Source: Candidatus Microgenomates bacterium (lineage in GTDB: Bacteria; Patescibacteriota; Microgenomatia; JACQLA01). From it: DNA of 64,000 nt. The translations under genes were made by a program, and so were the position numbers. The number at the start of each line of letters is the position of its first letter. Within the stretch, counting starts at the first letter, position 1. This document shows, piece by piece, positions 31,734-41,061 of this stretch. The notes beneath the pieces are model-generated. The model saw nothing but the letters and a program-made list of their open reading frames with translations. It searched no databases and was not told the origin of the DNA. The stretch lies in NCBI GenBank assembly GCA_016204255.1, contig JACQLA010000003.1, positions 184,088 to 248,087 of the forward strand, written 5' to 3'.

Positions 31734-32102
31734 TTATTTATGTGTTTCTTCTTTTCGGGCGCACTCGATACAGAGTTCGGCAGTGGGAAGTGCCGAAAGC
31801 CTCTCCGTATCAATCATTTTTCCGCATTTCTCACAAACGCCGTACTTCCCGACTCCGATCTTTGTTAAAGTTTTTTTAACGCGGATCAAATCACGGTTTA
31901 ATTCATTTTTTACCGCTTCAATCCGAGCATGCCCCATCTGCTCTTTAACTTCGGTGTCTGAAGCCGCATTATCATTGGTTCGATCAGTATCGGAAAACGG
32001 ATCTTCCTTCTCCAGATCGGCCAATTTTTTCTCCGTATCCTTACGTCTTTCCTCAAGATATGTCTTTACAGGACGCAGCACTGCTGCTGGAAATTTAATC
32101 AT
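31734..32102 (-). CDS. TraR/DksA C4 zinc-finger protein
   Basis: YGVCEKCG...ERLSALPTAELCIEC. Confidence 0.85.
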   Translation of the reverse strand: MIKFPAAVLRPVKTYLEERRKDTEKKLADLEKEDPFSDTDRTNDNAASDTEVKEQMGHARIEAVKNELNRDLIRVKKTLTKIGVGKYGVCEKCGKMIDTERLSALPTAELCIECARKEETHK

Positions 32103-32106
32103 ATTT

Positions 32107-32934
32107 TTACCTCATAAATTTTTTCTTAAAGTTTAAGTTAGAAACAGCTTTTTGCAGAAAAAGGGTTAAATATGCACTATCCTGTTTTAGATTTCCATAT
32201 CTTAAATAAAGCAGGCTCCCGGAAAAGATGAAGGAAATCAGCGCAATCCACTGATTCAAACTTAGACGGTAAAAGTATACCGCATTTACCCGGAAAAATT
32301 CAAGCAAGAACGAGGAAAATCCTAAAAGCAAAAGAAAGTTTAAAAATACCATTCCTTCTCTTTTGTGTCGGTATCCTAAAGTTTTTTTATAGATAATTTT
32401 GGTAAGCAACAAAAATATTATAATGGCGACTATAAGCCCGTATAAAGATATGGGGTGTCTCTTTTCTAAAAAACCGAGTGGAGTAATCCCAAAAATAAAA
32501 TTTGTGGGTTTTCCCAAGATACAACCGTCTAAAAAACATCCCGCCTGACCCAAAAAAACGCTTAAAGAAGCACCCAAGGCTAAAAAATCTGCGACACGCC
32601 AGAAAGGAGTTTTGGTCAAACGCGTATAAAGAATTACCCCAAGAATTCCCCCGCCTATGGCACCCCAAAAAGAAAATCCGGGATAAAGATAAAAATGAAT
32701 CCAGCGTAAAATATTAAGATTAAAAACTTGAAAATGCCAAAAAATATAAAAAAGGCGGCCGCCCACGACACTGAATACGGTGGCCGCAATGACGGCATCA
32801 AGAATCTTTTCATCATCCAGCTCATCGCGCGCAAAACGCCAGACGCAGAAACTGCCAAAAACAAATGCGAGGGTTAGGAAAAAACCCAATGAGTAAATCG
32901 TAATTGGGCCAAAACTAAAAAGAATGGGATACAT
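32107..32934 (-). CDS. lgt: Prolipoprotein diacylglyceryl transferase
   Basis: MYPILF..GPITIYSLG, GGRLFY, GCFLDGC, RHP, EFFR. Confidence 0.8.
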   Translation of the reverse strand: MYPILFSFGPITIYSLGFFLTLAFVFGSFCVWRFARDELDDEKILDAVIAATVFSVVGGRLFYIFWHFQVFNLNILRWIHFYLYPGFSFWGAIGGGILGVILYTRLTKTPFWRVADFLALGASLSVFLGQAGCFLDGCILGKPTNFIFGITPLGFLEKRHPISLYGLIVAIIIFLLLTKIIYKKTLGYRHKREGMVFLNFLLLLGFSSFLLEFFRVNAVYFYRLSLNQWIALISFIFSGSLLYLRYGNLKQDSAYLTLFLQKAVSNLNFKKKFMR

Positions 32935-33050
32935 TTTTATCCTCTAGTGCAACTTGACAATTTTTGTTATACTGGCAGTATACTATAAATTTTCGGCAGT
33001 ATAATTGATTTATTATACTCGTACTCCCCTTTTAAGAAAAGGGCTTTTTT

Positions 33051-33524
33051 ATGCTAGCGACATTTCATGCTTTAAGCGGTGGAATAATTTTAAAAACAAT
33101 TCCCGATCCAAGAATTGCACTTCCTTTAGCTTTTTTGTCACATTTTATCCTGGATTCTGTTCCCCATTGGGACTTCACCACTAGTCTAAGTAAAGAAGAC
33201 AGTCCGCAAAAACCATTAACATTGGCCGGCAGAAAAGATCGCAAAAAGATATTTGTACTTGCGGCTTTTGATGTCATTTTGGGATTTGGCTTGACTTTTT
33301 GGCTTTTTCAAAACCTTAATCCCTATTGGCTTTTTGGAAGCATGATATTTGCCCAATTACCAGACTGGCTAGAGATTCCTTATTTTTTTGGCGGTTATAA
33401 AATCGCTCCGTCTATTTGGGTAAAAAGATTTCAACATCGGGTTCATTCAAGGCTTTACCTTCCCTGGGGACTCATCACTCAAATCGCAATTTTTGTTCCC
33501 TTACTTTGGTGGATTCTTGCGTGA
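33051..33524 (+). CDS. Membrane protein, possible metal-dependent hydrolase
   Basis: H...SHFILDSVPHWD and PD motifs in hydrophobic helices. Confidence 0.6.
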   Translation: MLATFHALSGGIILKTIPDPRIALPLAFLSHFILDSVPHWDFTTSLSKEDSPQKPLTLAGRKDRKKIFVLAAFDVILGFGLTFWLFQNLNPYWLFGSMIFAQLPDWLEIPYFFGGYKIAPSIWVKRFQHRVHSRLYLPWGLITQIAIFVPLLWWILA

Positions 33525-33534
33525 TAATCTGCTG

Positions 33535-34095
33535 TTATTTTGCTCTCTCTACGTAGTCACCGGTTCGCGTATCAATTCGTACTTTTTCCCCTTCTTTAAT
33601 AAAAAGTGGCACCTTAACCTTCAACTCATTTTCCAAAACCGCATCCTTATAGACGTTTGAGACTGAGTCGCCGCGAAATTCCGAACCGGCTTCGGTAACA
33701 GTAAACTCCATTTTAAGGGGCAAATCTAAAGAAAGTGGTTCTTCACCGAAAGTCAGAATTGAAACATCCATTCCTTCTTTTAGAAATCGTGCCTGATCTT
33801 CGATTTTTTCTTTACTCAGACTGAACTGCTCAAAAGTTTGGCTATCCATAAAATAATAATCCGCGCTGTCGCTATAAAGATATTGAGTCTTTTTCCTTTC
33901 TAAAGAAATGTCTTTTACTCTGGCGCCGGAAATAAAAGAGCGTTGAACAGTTGAACCGGTACGCAGGTTTTTAACTTTGACTTTGATATTGGCCGTTCCC
34001 CGGCCCATCTTAATGTGCTCATAGGAAATAACCTGAAAAATTTGGCCTTCATCTTCAAAGGTGGTACCGGCACGAAGCTCTGTTACAGAAATCAT
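33535..34095 (-). CDS. efp: Elongation factor P
   Basis: HIKMGRG loop (Arg type), KVPLFIKEGE, DTRTGDYVER. Confidence 0.95.
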   Translation of the reverse strand: MISVTELRAGTTFEDEGQIFQVISYEHIKMGRGTANIKVKVKNLRTGSTVQRSFISGARVKDISLERKKTQYLYSDSADYYFMDSQTFEQFSLSKEKIEDQARFLKEGMDVSILTFGEEPLSLDLPLKMEFTVTEAGSEFRGDSVSNVYKDAVLENELKVKVPLFIKEGEKVRIDTRTGDYVERAK

Positions 34096-35588
34096 AGTTT
34101 ATTTAAAAATGTTAAAAGGGTTCTGACGCCAAATCCCGAACCGCCCTGCGAAACAAGCGGGGTTTCTTTTTCTGCAAAAGCCGGACCGGCAATATCTAAA
34201 TGAATCCAGGGTGTTTTATCAACAAATTCCTGTAGAAATAAGGCGGCGGTTATGGCGCCACCATATCTTGATTTAGTCACGTTTCTCAAGTCCGCCACCT
34301 CCGATTTTAAAAGTTCTTTATAATCTTTTACCAGCGGCATCGGCCAGACCTGCTCTCCCACTTCTTGGGCTGCGTTCTGAATTTTTTCCGCCATTGGCTC
34401 ATCCGTGCTGAAGAGCCCGGCTAAATCATCGCCCAAGGCAACCATACAGGCTCCGGTCAAGGTGGCCAGATCCAAAAGTAGATTTGGTTTTTCTTCTGAA
34501 CCCAGAGCGAGAGTGTCGGCTAAAATAAGCCGGCCTTCGGCATCGGTATTGGCGACTTCAACAGTTTTACCCTTATAAATTTTCAGAACATCCCCGGGTT
34601 TCAAAGCTTTTCCTGAGGGCATATTTTCAGTTGCAGGAATTAAACCTATTACCCAAACCTTTGGATTAAGTTTGCTCAAAACGGAAAATATTCCCAAAAT
34701 TGCCGCGCCTCCCGCCATATCACACTTCATGGTTTCCATGGCTTCTGCCGACTTTAATGAAAGCCCACCGGTATCAAAAGTGATCGCCTTACCGGCCAAA
34801 ACTATCTTTTTTCGGAAATTTGCCGGTTTATATTCTAGACGAATTAATTTTGGAGCCTCATCTGATCCCTTAGCTACTCCCAATATTCCGCCCATACCCT
34901 TGGCTTCCATTTGCCGCCGATCTAAAACCTGACATTTAATCTTTTCGTTAGCAAGTTTTTTGGCTACCTGAGCTAAAAAAGTAGGTGTGGTTACCGAAGA
35001 TGGTTCATTGACCAAATCTCGAGCAAAAATGGTCCCCTCCGCAAAAATTTCGCCTATTGCAATTCCCTCTTTAATACGTAAAAGGTCCGGGGCATTATTG
35101 ATGGCAATTTGCACTTCTTCAATCTCTTTTTTCTCCGCTTTCTCCTTTTCCCCTTTATATTTCAAAAATTTATAATTTCCCAAGATCAAACCTTCGGCTG
35201 CTCCTTGAGCCAGCTCCTTTAGATCAATCTTTGTTCCCTTTCCGAAGGATAAACCTAAACCAAGCTGCTTAATTTTAAACTCCTTAGCTTTTTTACTTAA
35301 AATCGCGAATATTTTTCGCAATTCAGCCGAACCAAGCTCCTCTTTTTTACCCAAACCAACAATTAATATCCTGGAGGGAATTATTTTTCCATGAGTATGA
35401 AGGGATAATATTTGTCCCTGTTTGGCCTTAAATTCCTCTTCTTCAAGAATATTTTTCAGGAGGCCACCTAAAACTCTATCAAGCCAAAGGGCTTCTTTAG
35501 GCCATTCCCGTTCGTTTTCCCAAAGAAAAACGGCCAACACTTGTGTTTCCAGTTTCTCGATTGGGATGAGTTTAGCGCTTAATTTCAT
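34092..35588 (-). CDS. pepA: Leucyl aminopeptidase (M17); probable start at 35588
   Basis: GKAITFDTGG, MKCDMAG, ENMPSG, NTDAEGRL, HLDIAG. Confidence 0.93.
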   Translation of the reverse strand: MKLSAKLIPIEKLETQVLAVFLWENEREWPKEALWLDRVLGGLLKNILEEEEFKAKQGQILSLHTHGKIIPSRILIVGLGKKEELGSAELRKIFAILSKKAKEFKIKQLGLGLSFGKGTKIDLKELAQGAAEGLILGNYKFLKYKGEKEKAEKKEIEEVQIAINNAPDLLRIKEGIAIGEIFAEGTIFARDLVNEPSSVTTPTFLAQVAKKLANEKIKCQVLDRRQMEAKGMGGILGVAKGSDEAPKLIRLEYKPANFRKKIVLAGKAITFDTGGLSLKSAEAMETMKCDMAGGAAILGIFSVLSKLNPKVWVIGLIPATENMPSGKALKPGDVLKIYKGKTVEVANTDAEGRLILADTLALGSEEKPNLLLDLATLTGACMVALGDDLAGLFSTDEPMAEKIQNAAQEVGEQVWPMPLVKDYKELLKSEVADLRNVTKSRYGGAITAALFLQEFVDKTPWIHLDIAGPAFAEKETPLVSQGGSGFGVRTLLTFLNKL

Positions 35589-35704
35589 GCTTTTTATTGT
35601 ACCATAGCCTGGAATAACGAACAAGAGGAGGGGTTTAAGCCGAAGGTCGTTTTTAGTAACGGGCTGATCACGCATGGCAACTTTTTAATCGTTATTAGTT
35701 TTAA

Positions 35705-35734
35705 TTGTCAATAAGTGAAAAGTTGTGCTAAAAT
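35705..35734 (+). promoter_or_regulatory. Sigma-70-type promoter for the tRNA locus
   Basis: TTGTCA and TGCTAAAAT directly upstream of the tRNA-like sequence. Confidence 0.55.
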
Positions 35735-35742
35735 AGCCTTAC

Positions 35743-35776
35743 GCCGAAGTGGCGGAATTGACAGACGCGCACGCTC
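35743..35776 (+). pseudogene. 5' fragment of a tRNA-Leu-like gene
   Basis: gccgaagtggcggaattgacagacgcgcacgctc gives acceptor 5' strand and D-arm; no T-arm or 3' strand follows. Confidence 0.6.
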
Positions 35777-35823
35777 CCTTTTCTAACGAGCAAAGTACAG
35801 AGAAAAAACTAGCGATCTAATTT

Positions 35824-35906
35824 GCCGCGGTGCTGGAATGGTAGACAGGCTGGTCTCAAAAACCAGTGATGGAAACATCGTGAGAGTTCGAGTCTCTCCC
35901 GCGGCA
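35824..35906 (+). tRNA. tRNA-Leu(CAA)
   Basis: Acceptor gccgcgg/ccgcggc+A, anticodon arm ctggt-ctCAAaa-accag, long variable arm, GTTCGAG T-loop; CCA not encoded. Confidence 0.95.
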
Positions 35907-35920
35907 CACTCGGAAAATTT

Positions 35921-36562
35921 ATGATCAAGGCTGTTATTTTTGACATTGACGGCGTTTTGCTCGATTCGTTTGAGGCAAATCTTAAGTTCTATCAAGACTT
36001 AATGATTAAGGCTGGTTACCCTCCTCCTACGCGTGAAGAATACCCCTCGTTTTTCCATTTTTCCATGTTTGACGTCATAAAGACTCTAACCCGTTTAAAA
36101 TCAAAAGAGAAAATTCAAAGAATCTGGGATATGGGAAAGAATCGCGAGGTAAAATATCCCGTTGAGCTCCTTAATACACCGAAAGGCGCGGAAAAGGTAA
36201 TAAAGGAATTAAGTAAAAACTATCGTCTCGGTATTGTTACCAGCCGAATCCGAAACGGTATTTATGAATCTCCGCATCTGCAAAAATTAAAAAAATATTT
36301 TAAAGTATCTGTCTCTTACGAGGATACGGTAAATCATAAACCTCATCCCGAACCTCTTCTTTTGGCCGCTCAAAAATTAGGGGTAAAACCTATGGAGTCT
36401 GTTTATGTTGGCGACACAGAAACTGACATTCGCGCGGCAAAAGCGGCAGGAATGAAAGTCGTTATTTATTCTCAAAATCAACCTCCCGGCGCGGATGCCT
36501 ATATCTTCTCATTTAAAGATTTGCCGCAACAAATAGCTAAATTATTCCCCCTTATAAATTAA
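35921..36562 (+). CDS. HAD-family phosphatase
   Basis: FDIDGVLLDS, IVTS, KPHPEP, VGDTETD. Confidence 0.9.
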   Translation: MIKAVIFDIDGVLLDSFEANLKFYQDLMIKAGYPPPTREEYPSFFHFSMFDVIKTLTRLKSKEKIQRIWDMGKNREVKYPVELLNTPKGAEKVIKELSKNYRLGIVTSRIRNGIYESPHLQKLKKYFKVSVSYEDTVNHKPHPEPLLLAAQKLGVKPMESVYVGDTETDIRAAKAAGMKVVIYSQNQPPGADAYIFSFKDLPQQIAKLFPLIN

Positions 36563-36580
36563 GCAAAAACATTAAGTCCA

Positions 36581-36614
36581 AAAAGCCAGAAGAAATCGCT
36601 TCTTTCTGGCTTTT
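36581..36614. terminator. Bidirectional intrinsic terminator
   Basis: aaaagccagaa...ttctggctttt between convergent genes. Confidence 0.8.
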
Positions 36615-36636
36615 ATCTTCTGTAAAAATTAATTAA

Positions 36637-36909
36637 TTAAATGGCAGGTGGAACACTGGGTCCGCCCATTCCTCCGCCGGCCTGACCCTCATTTGGATCG
36701 GCCGCAGGAGCGGCTGGTTCTGGCGCTGCGGGAGCTTCGGCTCCGGGCATTCCGCCAACTTCGCCACTTGGCGCAGCAGGAGCGGGCGCTTCAGGAGCCG
36801 CAGGTGGCGGTGGTGGTGTCCAGGCTGCTGGTTCCTGATTGGCTGGTTGAGCAGGTGGTATACCACCTCCCATTGGCTGTCCGGGCTGTTGTGTTGGATC
36901 ATCAAACAT
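36637..36909 (-). CDS. Pro/Ala/Gly-rich disordered small protein
   Basis: ATG with GGGGGTGA SD-like site upstream; terminator downstream; 90 aa with no Lys or Arg. Confidence 0.6.
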   Translation of the reverse strand: MFDDPTQQPGQPMGGGIPPAQPANQEPAAWTPPPPPAAPEAPAPAAPSGEVGGMPGAEAPAAPEPAAPAADPNEGQAGGGMGGPSVPPAI

Positions 36910-37261
36910 TATCTTTCACCCCCCATCTTTTTCTGGATTATTTTTTTAATTTTAAACTAAAACATAACAATTATACAAGCCCTCAGAATCAAAAGGGAAA
37001 ATAGAAAATAATGCCATTGTCAGTTTGCAAAAAAAGTTAAAACTTTTTTTAGCCTCAAATCTGCAAAATTTGCAAACTCCCGAGGCTAGAAATGTTTACC
37101 ATTTCGTGCAAACTGACAGACCAGATTCTAACCAATCTAGAGTTGACTTCCTCCGACTAATCAGCCTTCTTGCTATTAGGTGGCACTTTATCGTTTCTCG
37201 ACAACATTTTTTAAAAGCAGATTTTAACCGCAAGTCTATTAATATCGATATCACTTGTCAA

Positions 37262-38158
37262 TCAAATTCGATCCATTATCAGTTCATCCCGGTATTTTTT
37301 AACCACCGGCCATTCCGTATAATAAGGATTTTCTAAAAAGAAATGCAATCGGTTACCTGACAAGACCTTCGGATTTACAAGCATCAAGCCGGCCGAAACC
37401 GCCATATCTTCCCAGGGGAAAATATCAGCATCCGCCTCATGAATTAAACTTTCCGGGTCTGTATTCTTCCATCTCTCTTGCGGCTCTTTTTTCCCGATAT
37501 CTTCCACCCAGCCCATTTTGGCAACCCACTCCGAATCAAGTTTATTAAAATATTCAACAAATGTATGGGTCCATTCGTGTACGGTTATCGCTTTTAGATG
37601 ATCTCCTTGAGATTCATACAATTTCCCTAAGTACCCGCCCATCTGCCTCTTTGGAGAAAATCTCTCTGCGGTGTACAAAATCACCCTTCCCTCACCGTTA
37701 AGGCCACCCGCACCTTCAGAGCCGGCTGAACCAGGTGTTCTAGTCAAAATTATTTTCTTTGGGCCTTCGGGGTTAACCAAATAAAAAGGGGGTAGTTGAG
37801 CAATAGTTTCTGTCACAATCAGAATATCTTCTTCCCGCCATGGCAGATTATTTTTATTTTCGCCATTTTCCTCAAAAGAAACCGGTGAGACAATATCAAT
37901 ATTATATTCATCTTTAACCTGTTGAATCGTTTCAGCCGTTTTTCCATAATAAATTATATTTTCAGGGGAAAATTTAAGATTCGGCAGGGGCTTTTCTCCA
38001 CGATGTCTTCCCCCAAAAAAATAACCAATACCTCTAATAAATAATTGGCCTACGGTTTCCGGCCCGACAACAAAACGACCGCCGACCACCAAACCAGCGC
38101 CGGCCCCTCCAAACTTTAAAAAATCTCTTCTTGTTAACCCCTGGCCTTCTTTTCCCAC
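37262..38158 (-). CDS. Zincin-like metallopeptidase with twin-arginine-like N-terminus
   Basis: TRRDFLK plus hydrophobic stretch; HEWTH (HExxH) and downstream PWEDMA. Confidence 0.7.
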   Translation of the reverse strand: MGKEGQGLTRRDFLKFGGAGAGLVVGGRFVVGPETVGQLFIRGIGYFFGGRHRGEKPLPNLKFSPENIIYYGKTAETIQQVKDEYNIDIVSPVSFEENGENKNNLPWREEDILIVTETIAQLPPFYLVNPEGPKKIILTRTPGSAGSEGAGGLNGEGRVILYTAERFSPKRQMGGYLGKLYESQGDHLKAITVHEWTHTFVEYFNKLDSEWVAKMGWVEDIGKKEPQERWKNTDPESLIHEADADIFPWEDMAVSAGLMLVNPKVLSGNRLHFFLENPYYTEWPVVKKYRDELIMDRI

Positions 38159-38204
38159 AAATTCTATACTAATAGATTTTAAAAATTAAAGGGGGTCTGG
38201 GTTT

Positions 38205-38534
38205 TTAATAAATTTTACTTCCAAGAGGGGTTTCTTTACGAGGTTGAATCAGAATACATTTACCGTCTCCATCTGAGGCACCAAGAGTTAAAAATTCCGA
38301 TAAATACGGCCCAATTTGTCGTGGCGGAAAATTGACTACTCCCAAGATCTGCCGTCCTAAAAGCTCCTCTTTTATGTAATGGGTAACGCCGGCGAGCGAT
38401 TTTTTAATCCCGATTTCCGGACCGAAATCAACCGTCAGCTTATAAACCGGCTTGCGGGCTTGGGGACAGTCTTCAACTTCCAGGACTTTCCCCACTCGAA
38501 TGTCTATTTTTTGAAAATCGTCAATTGTTGCCAT
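38205..38534 (-). CDS. csaA: tRNA-binding/export chaperone CsaA
   Basis: DIRVGKV, ARKPVYKL, VVNFPPRQIG. Confidence 0.88.
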   Translation of the reverse strand: MATIDDFQKIDIRVGKVLEVEDCPQARKPVYKLTVDFGPEIGIKKSLAGVTHYIKEELLGRQILGVVNFPPRQIGPYLSEFLTLGASDGDGKCILIQPRKETPLGSKIY

Positions 38535-38536
38535 TT

Positions 38537-39874
38537 TTAAGCCGCCGCACTTTCCCGCTGTCGATCAACACCATAGAATCTAATCCTATCACCGCGAAAA
38601 ATTAAGTCAACTTCGCCGGTAGGCCCGTTGCGGTGCTTAGCGATCAAGAGTTTAACGGGAAATTGATCGATTCGCGCTCCCTCATCTTCCTCCCGATATA
38701 AAAACATTACAACATCCGCATCCTGCTCAATCGCTCCGGATTCGCGCAAGTCCGCAAGTTGCGGCACTTTCGTCCCCCGGCTTTCAACGGCCCGGGAAAG
38801 CTGAGAAATAGCCAAAACCGGCACCCGCAACTCTCTGGCCAGATTTTTCATTGATTGGGAAACCATCGAAACTTCCTGGACCCGACTATCAAAACGCCGG
38901 CCGCAATCAACCAATTGTAAGTAGTCAACGATCAACAGGCGGACTTTGGCCTCAACCTGAAGCTTGCGGGCTTTCGTCCTTATTTCCAAAATACTAATTC
39001 CCGGCGTATCATCAATATAAATTGGTGCATCCGCCAACTCTCCCATTGCCCTTTGCAGCCGGGACCAGTCTTCATCTTTAAGTCGCCCCGTTTTGAGCCT
39101 CCAGGCATCGATTTCGCCTTGAGAAACCAGTAAACGATCCACCAATTCTTCTTTAGACATTTCCAAAGAAAAAACGCCAACGGGAATCTTGCGTTCTACT
39201 GCCACATGTTGAGCGATGTTTATTGCCAAAGATGTTTTTCCCAAACCAGGACGGGCGGCCAAAATTAAAAGGTTTGAATCTTGCAGACCAGCCAGTTTAT
39301 TATCTAGATCTTTAAAACCGGTTGACACTCCACGTATTCCACCAGCCTGTTTATGTAATTCATCCAAGCGATCAAATGACTCAGTTAGAACATCTTTTAT
39401 CGGAATGAAGTTTTGGCGCGAATGGACCGAAGAAATTCCGAAAACTGCCTGCTCGGCCTGATCTAAGAGCTTCTTAGCCTCGACACCTTCATCAAAAGCA
39501 ATTTCGGTCAGCTTGGCCGCGGCAGAGATCAACTCTCGTTTAGTGTAATGATCCTGAATAATCCGGCCATACTGCTCGATATGGGCGGCGGTGGGAACAA
39601 TATTGGCAAGATCCGAAAGATAACCCGCTCCCCCAATTTCTTTATAAAATTTTTTCTTTTTTAATTTCTCCGTCAACGTGACTAAATCAACCGGTTCATG
39701 GGCTTCATAAAGCTCCAAAATCGCATCGAAAATTTGGCCATGTTTCTCGTTATAAAAATGCTCGGGACGCAAAAAATCAACGATTTCAACAATCGCATCT
39801 TTATCGATCAGAAGTGCGCCTAAAACGGATTGCTCAGCCTCTTCATTGTGAGGGGGAACCTTGAGGTTAGACAT
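38537..39874 (-). CDS. dnaB: Replicative DNA helicase
   Basis: AEQSVLG, AARPGLGKT, FSLEM, VDYLQL, SQLSR, LRESGAIEQDAD; no intein. Confidence 0.97.
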   Translation of the reverse strand: MSNLKVPPHNEEAEQSVLGALLIDKDAIVEIVDFLRPEHFYNEKHGQIFDAILELYEAHEPVDLVTLTEKLKKKKFYKEIGGAGYLSDLANIVPTAAHIEQYGRIIQDHYTKRELISAAAKLTEIAFDEGVEAKKLLDQAEQAVFGISSVHSRQNFIPIKDVLTESFDRLDELHKQAGGIRGVSTGFKDLDNKLAGLQDSNLLILAARPGLGKTSLAINIAQHVAVERKIPVGVFSLEMSKEELVDRLLVSQGEIDAWRLKTGRLKDEDWSRLQRAMGELADAPIYIDDTPGISILEIRTKARKLQVEAKVRLLIVDYLQLVDCGRRFDSRVQEVSMVSQSMKNLARELRVPVLAISQLSRAVESRGTKVPQLADLRESGAIEQDADVVMFLYREEDEGARIDQFPVKLLIAKHRNGPTGEVDLIFRGDRIRFYGVDRQRESAAA

Positions 39875-39906
39875 AAATTAAAAAACCGGTCCAGGATTTA
39901 GAATTT

Positions 39907-40536
39907 TTATTCCAGGACAACTACTTCCGGCTCACCAGGCAATTTATCTTTATTAACAACCAGTTTGGGTTGCGGCTTAACATTCTCTTTGCCCATCGCC
40001 TTTAAAAAGTTATTCACTGGTTCAAGAGCAAGCTTCAAATTATCCACTTTGTAATGCATGGGAATAATAATTTTTGGTTCAAGCTGCGCCGCAACTTCGG
40101 CAGCCTCACTTGAGCTAATTGTAAAAAGACCTCCGGTTGGCACCATTAAAATATCAATGTCATTAAGTTCCTCTACCTGATCGCTTGTGAGTTTTGTTCC
40201 CAAATCTCCAAGATGAACCAAAGATAAACCATCCATTTTAATTTGAAAGCAGGTAACTTTTCCCCGCTCCGATCCTTTTGAGGCGTCATGAAAAGCGGAA
40301 ACACCCAAAATTTGAGCGCCCCCCACTTCATACTCACCGGGTTTTTCGATTACCACCCGATAGCCCTCGACTCGCGAAAGGTCGTGATGATCTGGATGGG
40401 CATGAGTACAAAGAACCGCATCTGCCGTAACTTTGGGCATCTTTAACCCGATACTATCGTCAAACGGATCAATCAATAAAGTTATATTTTTACCGCGAAG
40501 TTTAAAACAAGCATGTCCGAGGTGGGAAATTTCCAT
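39907..40536 (-). CDS. MBL-fold metallohydrolase; probable start at 40536
   Basis: GHACF, IDPF, THAHPDH, HLGD, IPMHY. Confidence 0.85.
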   Translation of the reverse strand: MEISHLGHACFKLRGKNITLLIDPFDDSIGLKMPKVTADAVLCTHAHPDHHDLSRVEGYRVVIEKPGEYEVGGAQILGVSAFHDASKGSERGKVTCFQIKMDGLSLVHLGDLGTKLTSDQVEELNDIDILMVPTGGLFTISSSEAAEVAAQLEPKIIIPMHYKVDNLKLALEPVNNFLKAMGKENVKPQPKLVVNKDKLPGEPEVVVLE

Positions 40537-40636
40537 AGCATAGTTTATATCACAACTCACCTTTTTTGACAATCATAATGGTAATTAGTTAGTCCCGACT
40601 TGACAATTTTTAAAAAATCTTTATGATAAGGAAACG

Positions 40637-41059
40637 ATGAAGAAAGAGTCGATTATTGTCGGCATTTTTGGCTTATCCCTTGGCCTTTTAGTTGCCTGGG
40701 GAATTTGGAATTTTAAAAGCGGGCCGACCGAGACCGAAGAAATTCCTACTCCTGAAGTCGCTACCGATATCTCTCCTACTCTGACCCCTCCCACCTCACT
40801 TTTGACGCTTGACTTACCAATTGATGGACAACTTGCCACTTCAAGTTCAATGCTGGTTTCGGGAAAAACAAAAGCGGGCGCAACTGTAGTTATCTCCAGC
40901 CCCGCAGAAGATAAGGCTTTAGTAGTTCCGACCAACGGCGTCTTTTCGCAAGATTTAAAACTTGAAGAAGGAGAAAACACAGTTACAGTAACCGTTTATC
41001 CTCAGGAAGGCCAAAAAGAAGAAACGATTGAAAGAACAGTTATTTACAGCACCGATTAA
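40637..41059 (+). CDS. Membrane-anchored protein with Ig-like domain
   Basis: N-terminal TM, Thr/Pro linker, beta-rich LEEGENTVTV. Confidence 0.6.
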   Translation: MKKESIIVGIFGLSLGLLVAWGIWNFKSGPTETEEIPTPEVATDISPTLTPPTSLLTLDLPIDGQLATSSSMLVSGKTKAGATVVISSPAEDKALVVPTNGVFSQDLKLEEGENTVTVTVYPQEGQKEETIERTVIYSTD

Positions 41060-41061
41060 AT

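Noticed and set aside
35783-35995. 70-aa minus-strand ORF
   Set aside because: Antisense reading of tRNA-Leu
36633-37004. Alternative frames 36633..36905 and 36648..37004
   Set aside because: Products of GC-rich low-complexity DNA; the 36637..36909 frame fits the SD and terminator best
38537-39874. Inteins in dnaB or the gyrase genes
   Set aside because: Lengths are normal and there are no splicing motifs; the ~30-aa polar GyrA insert is too short
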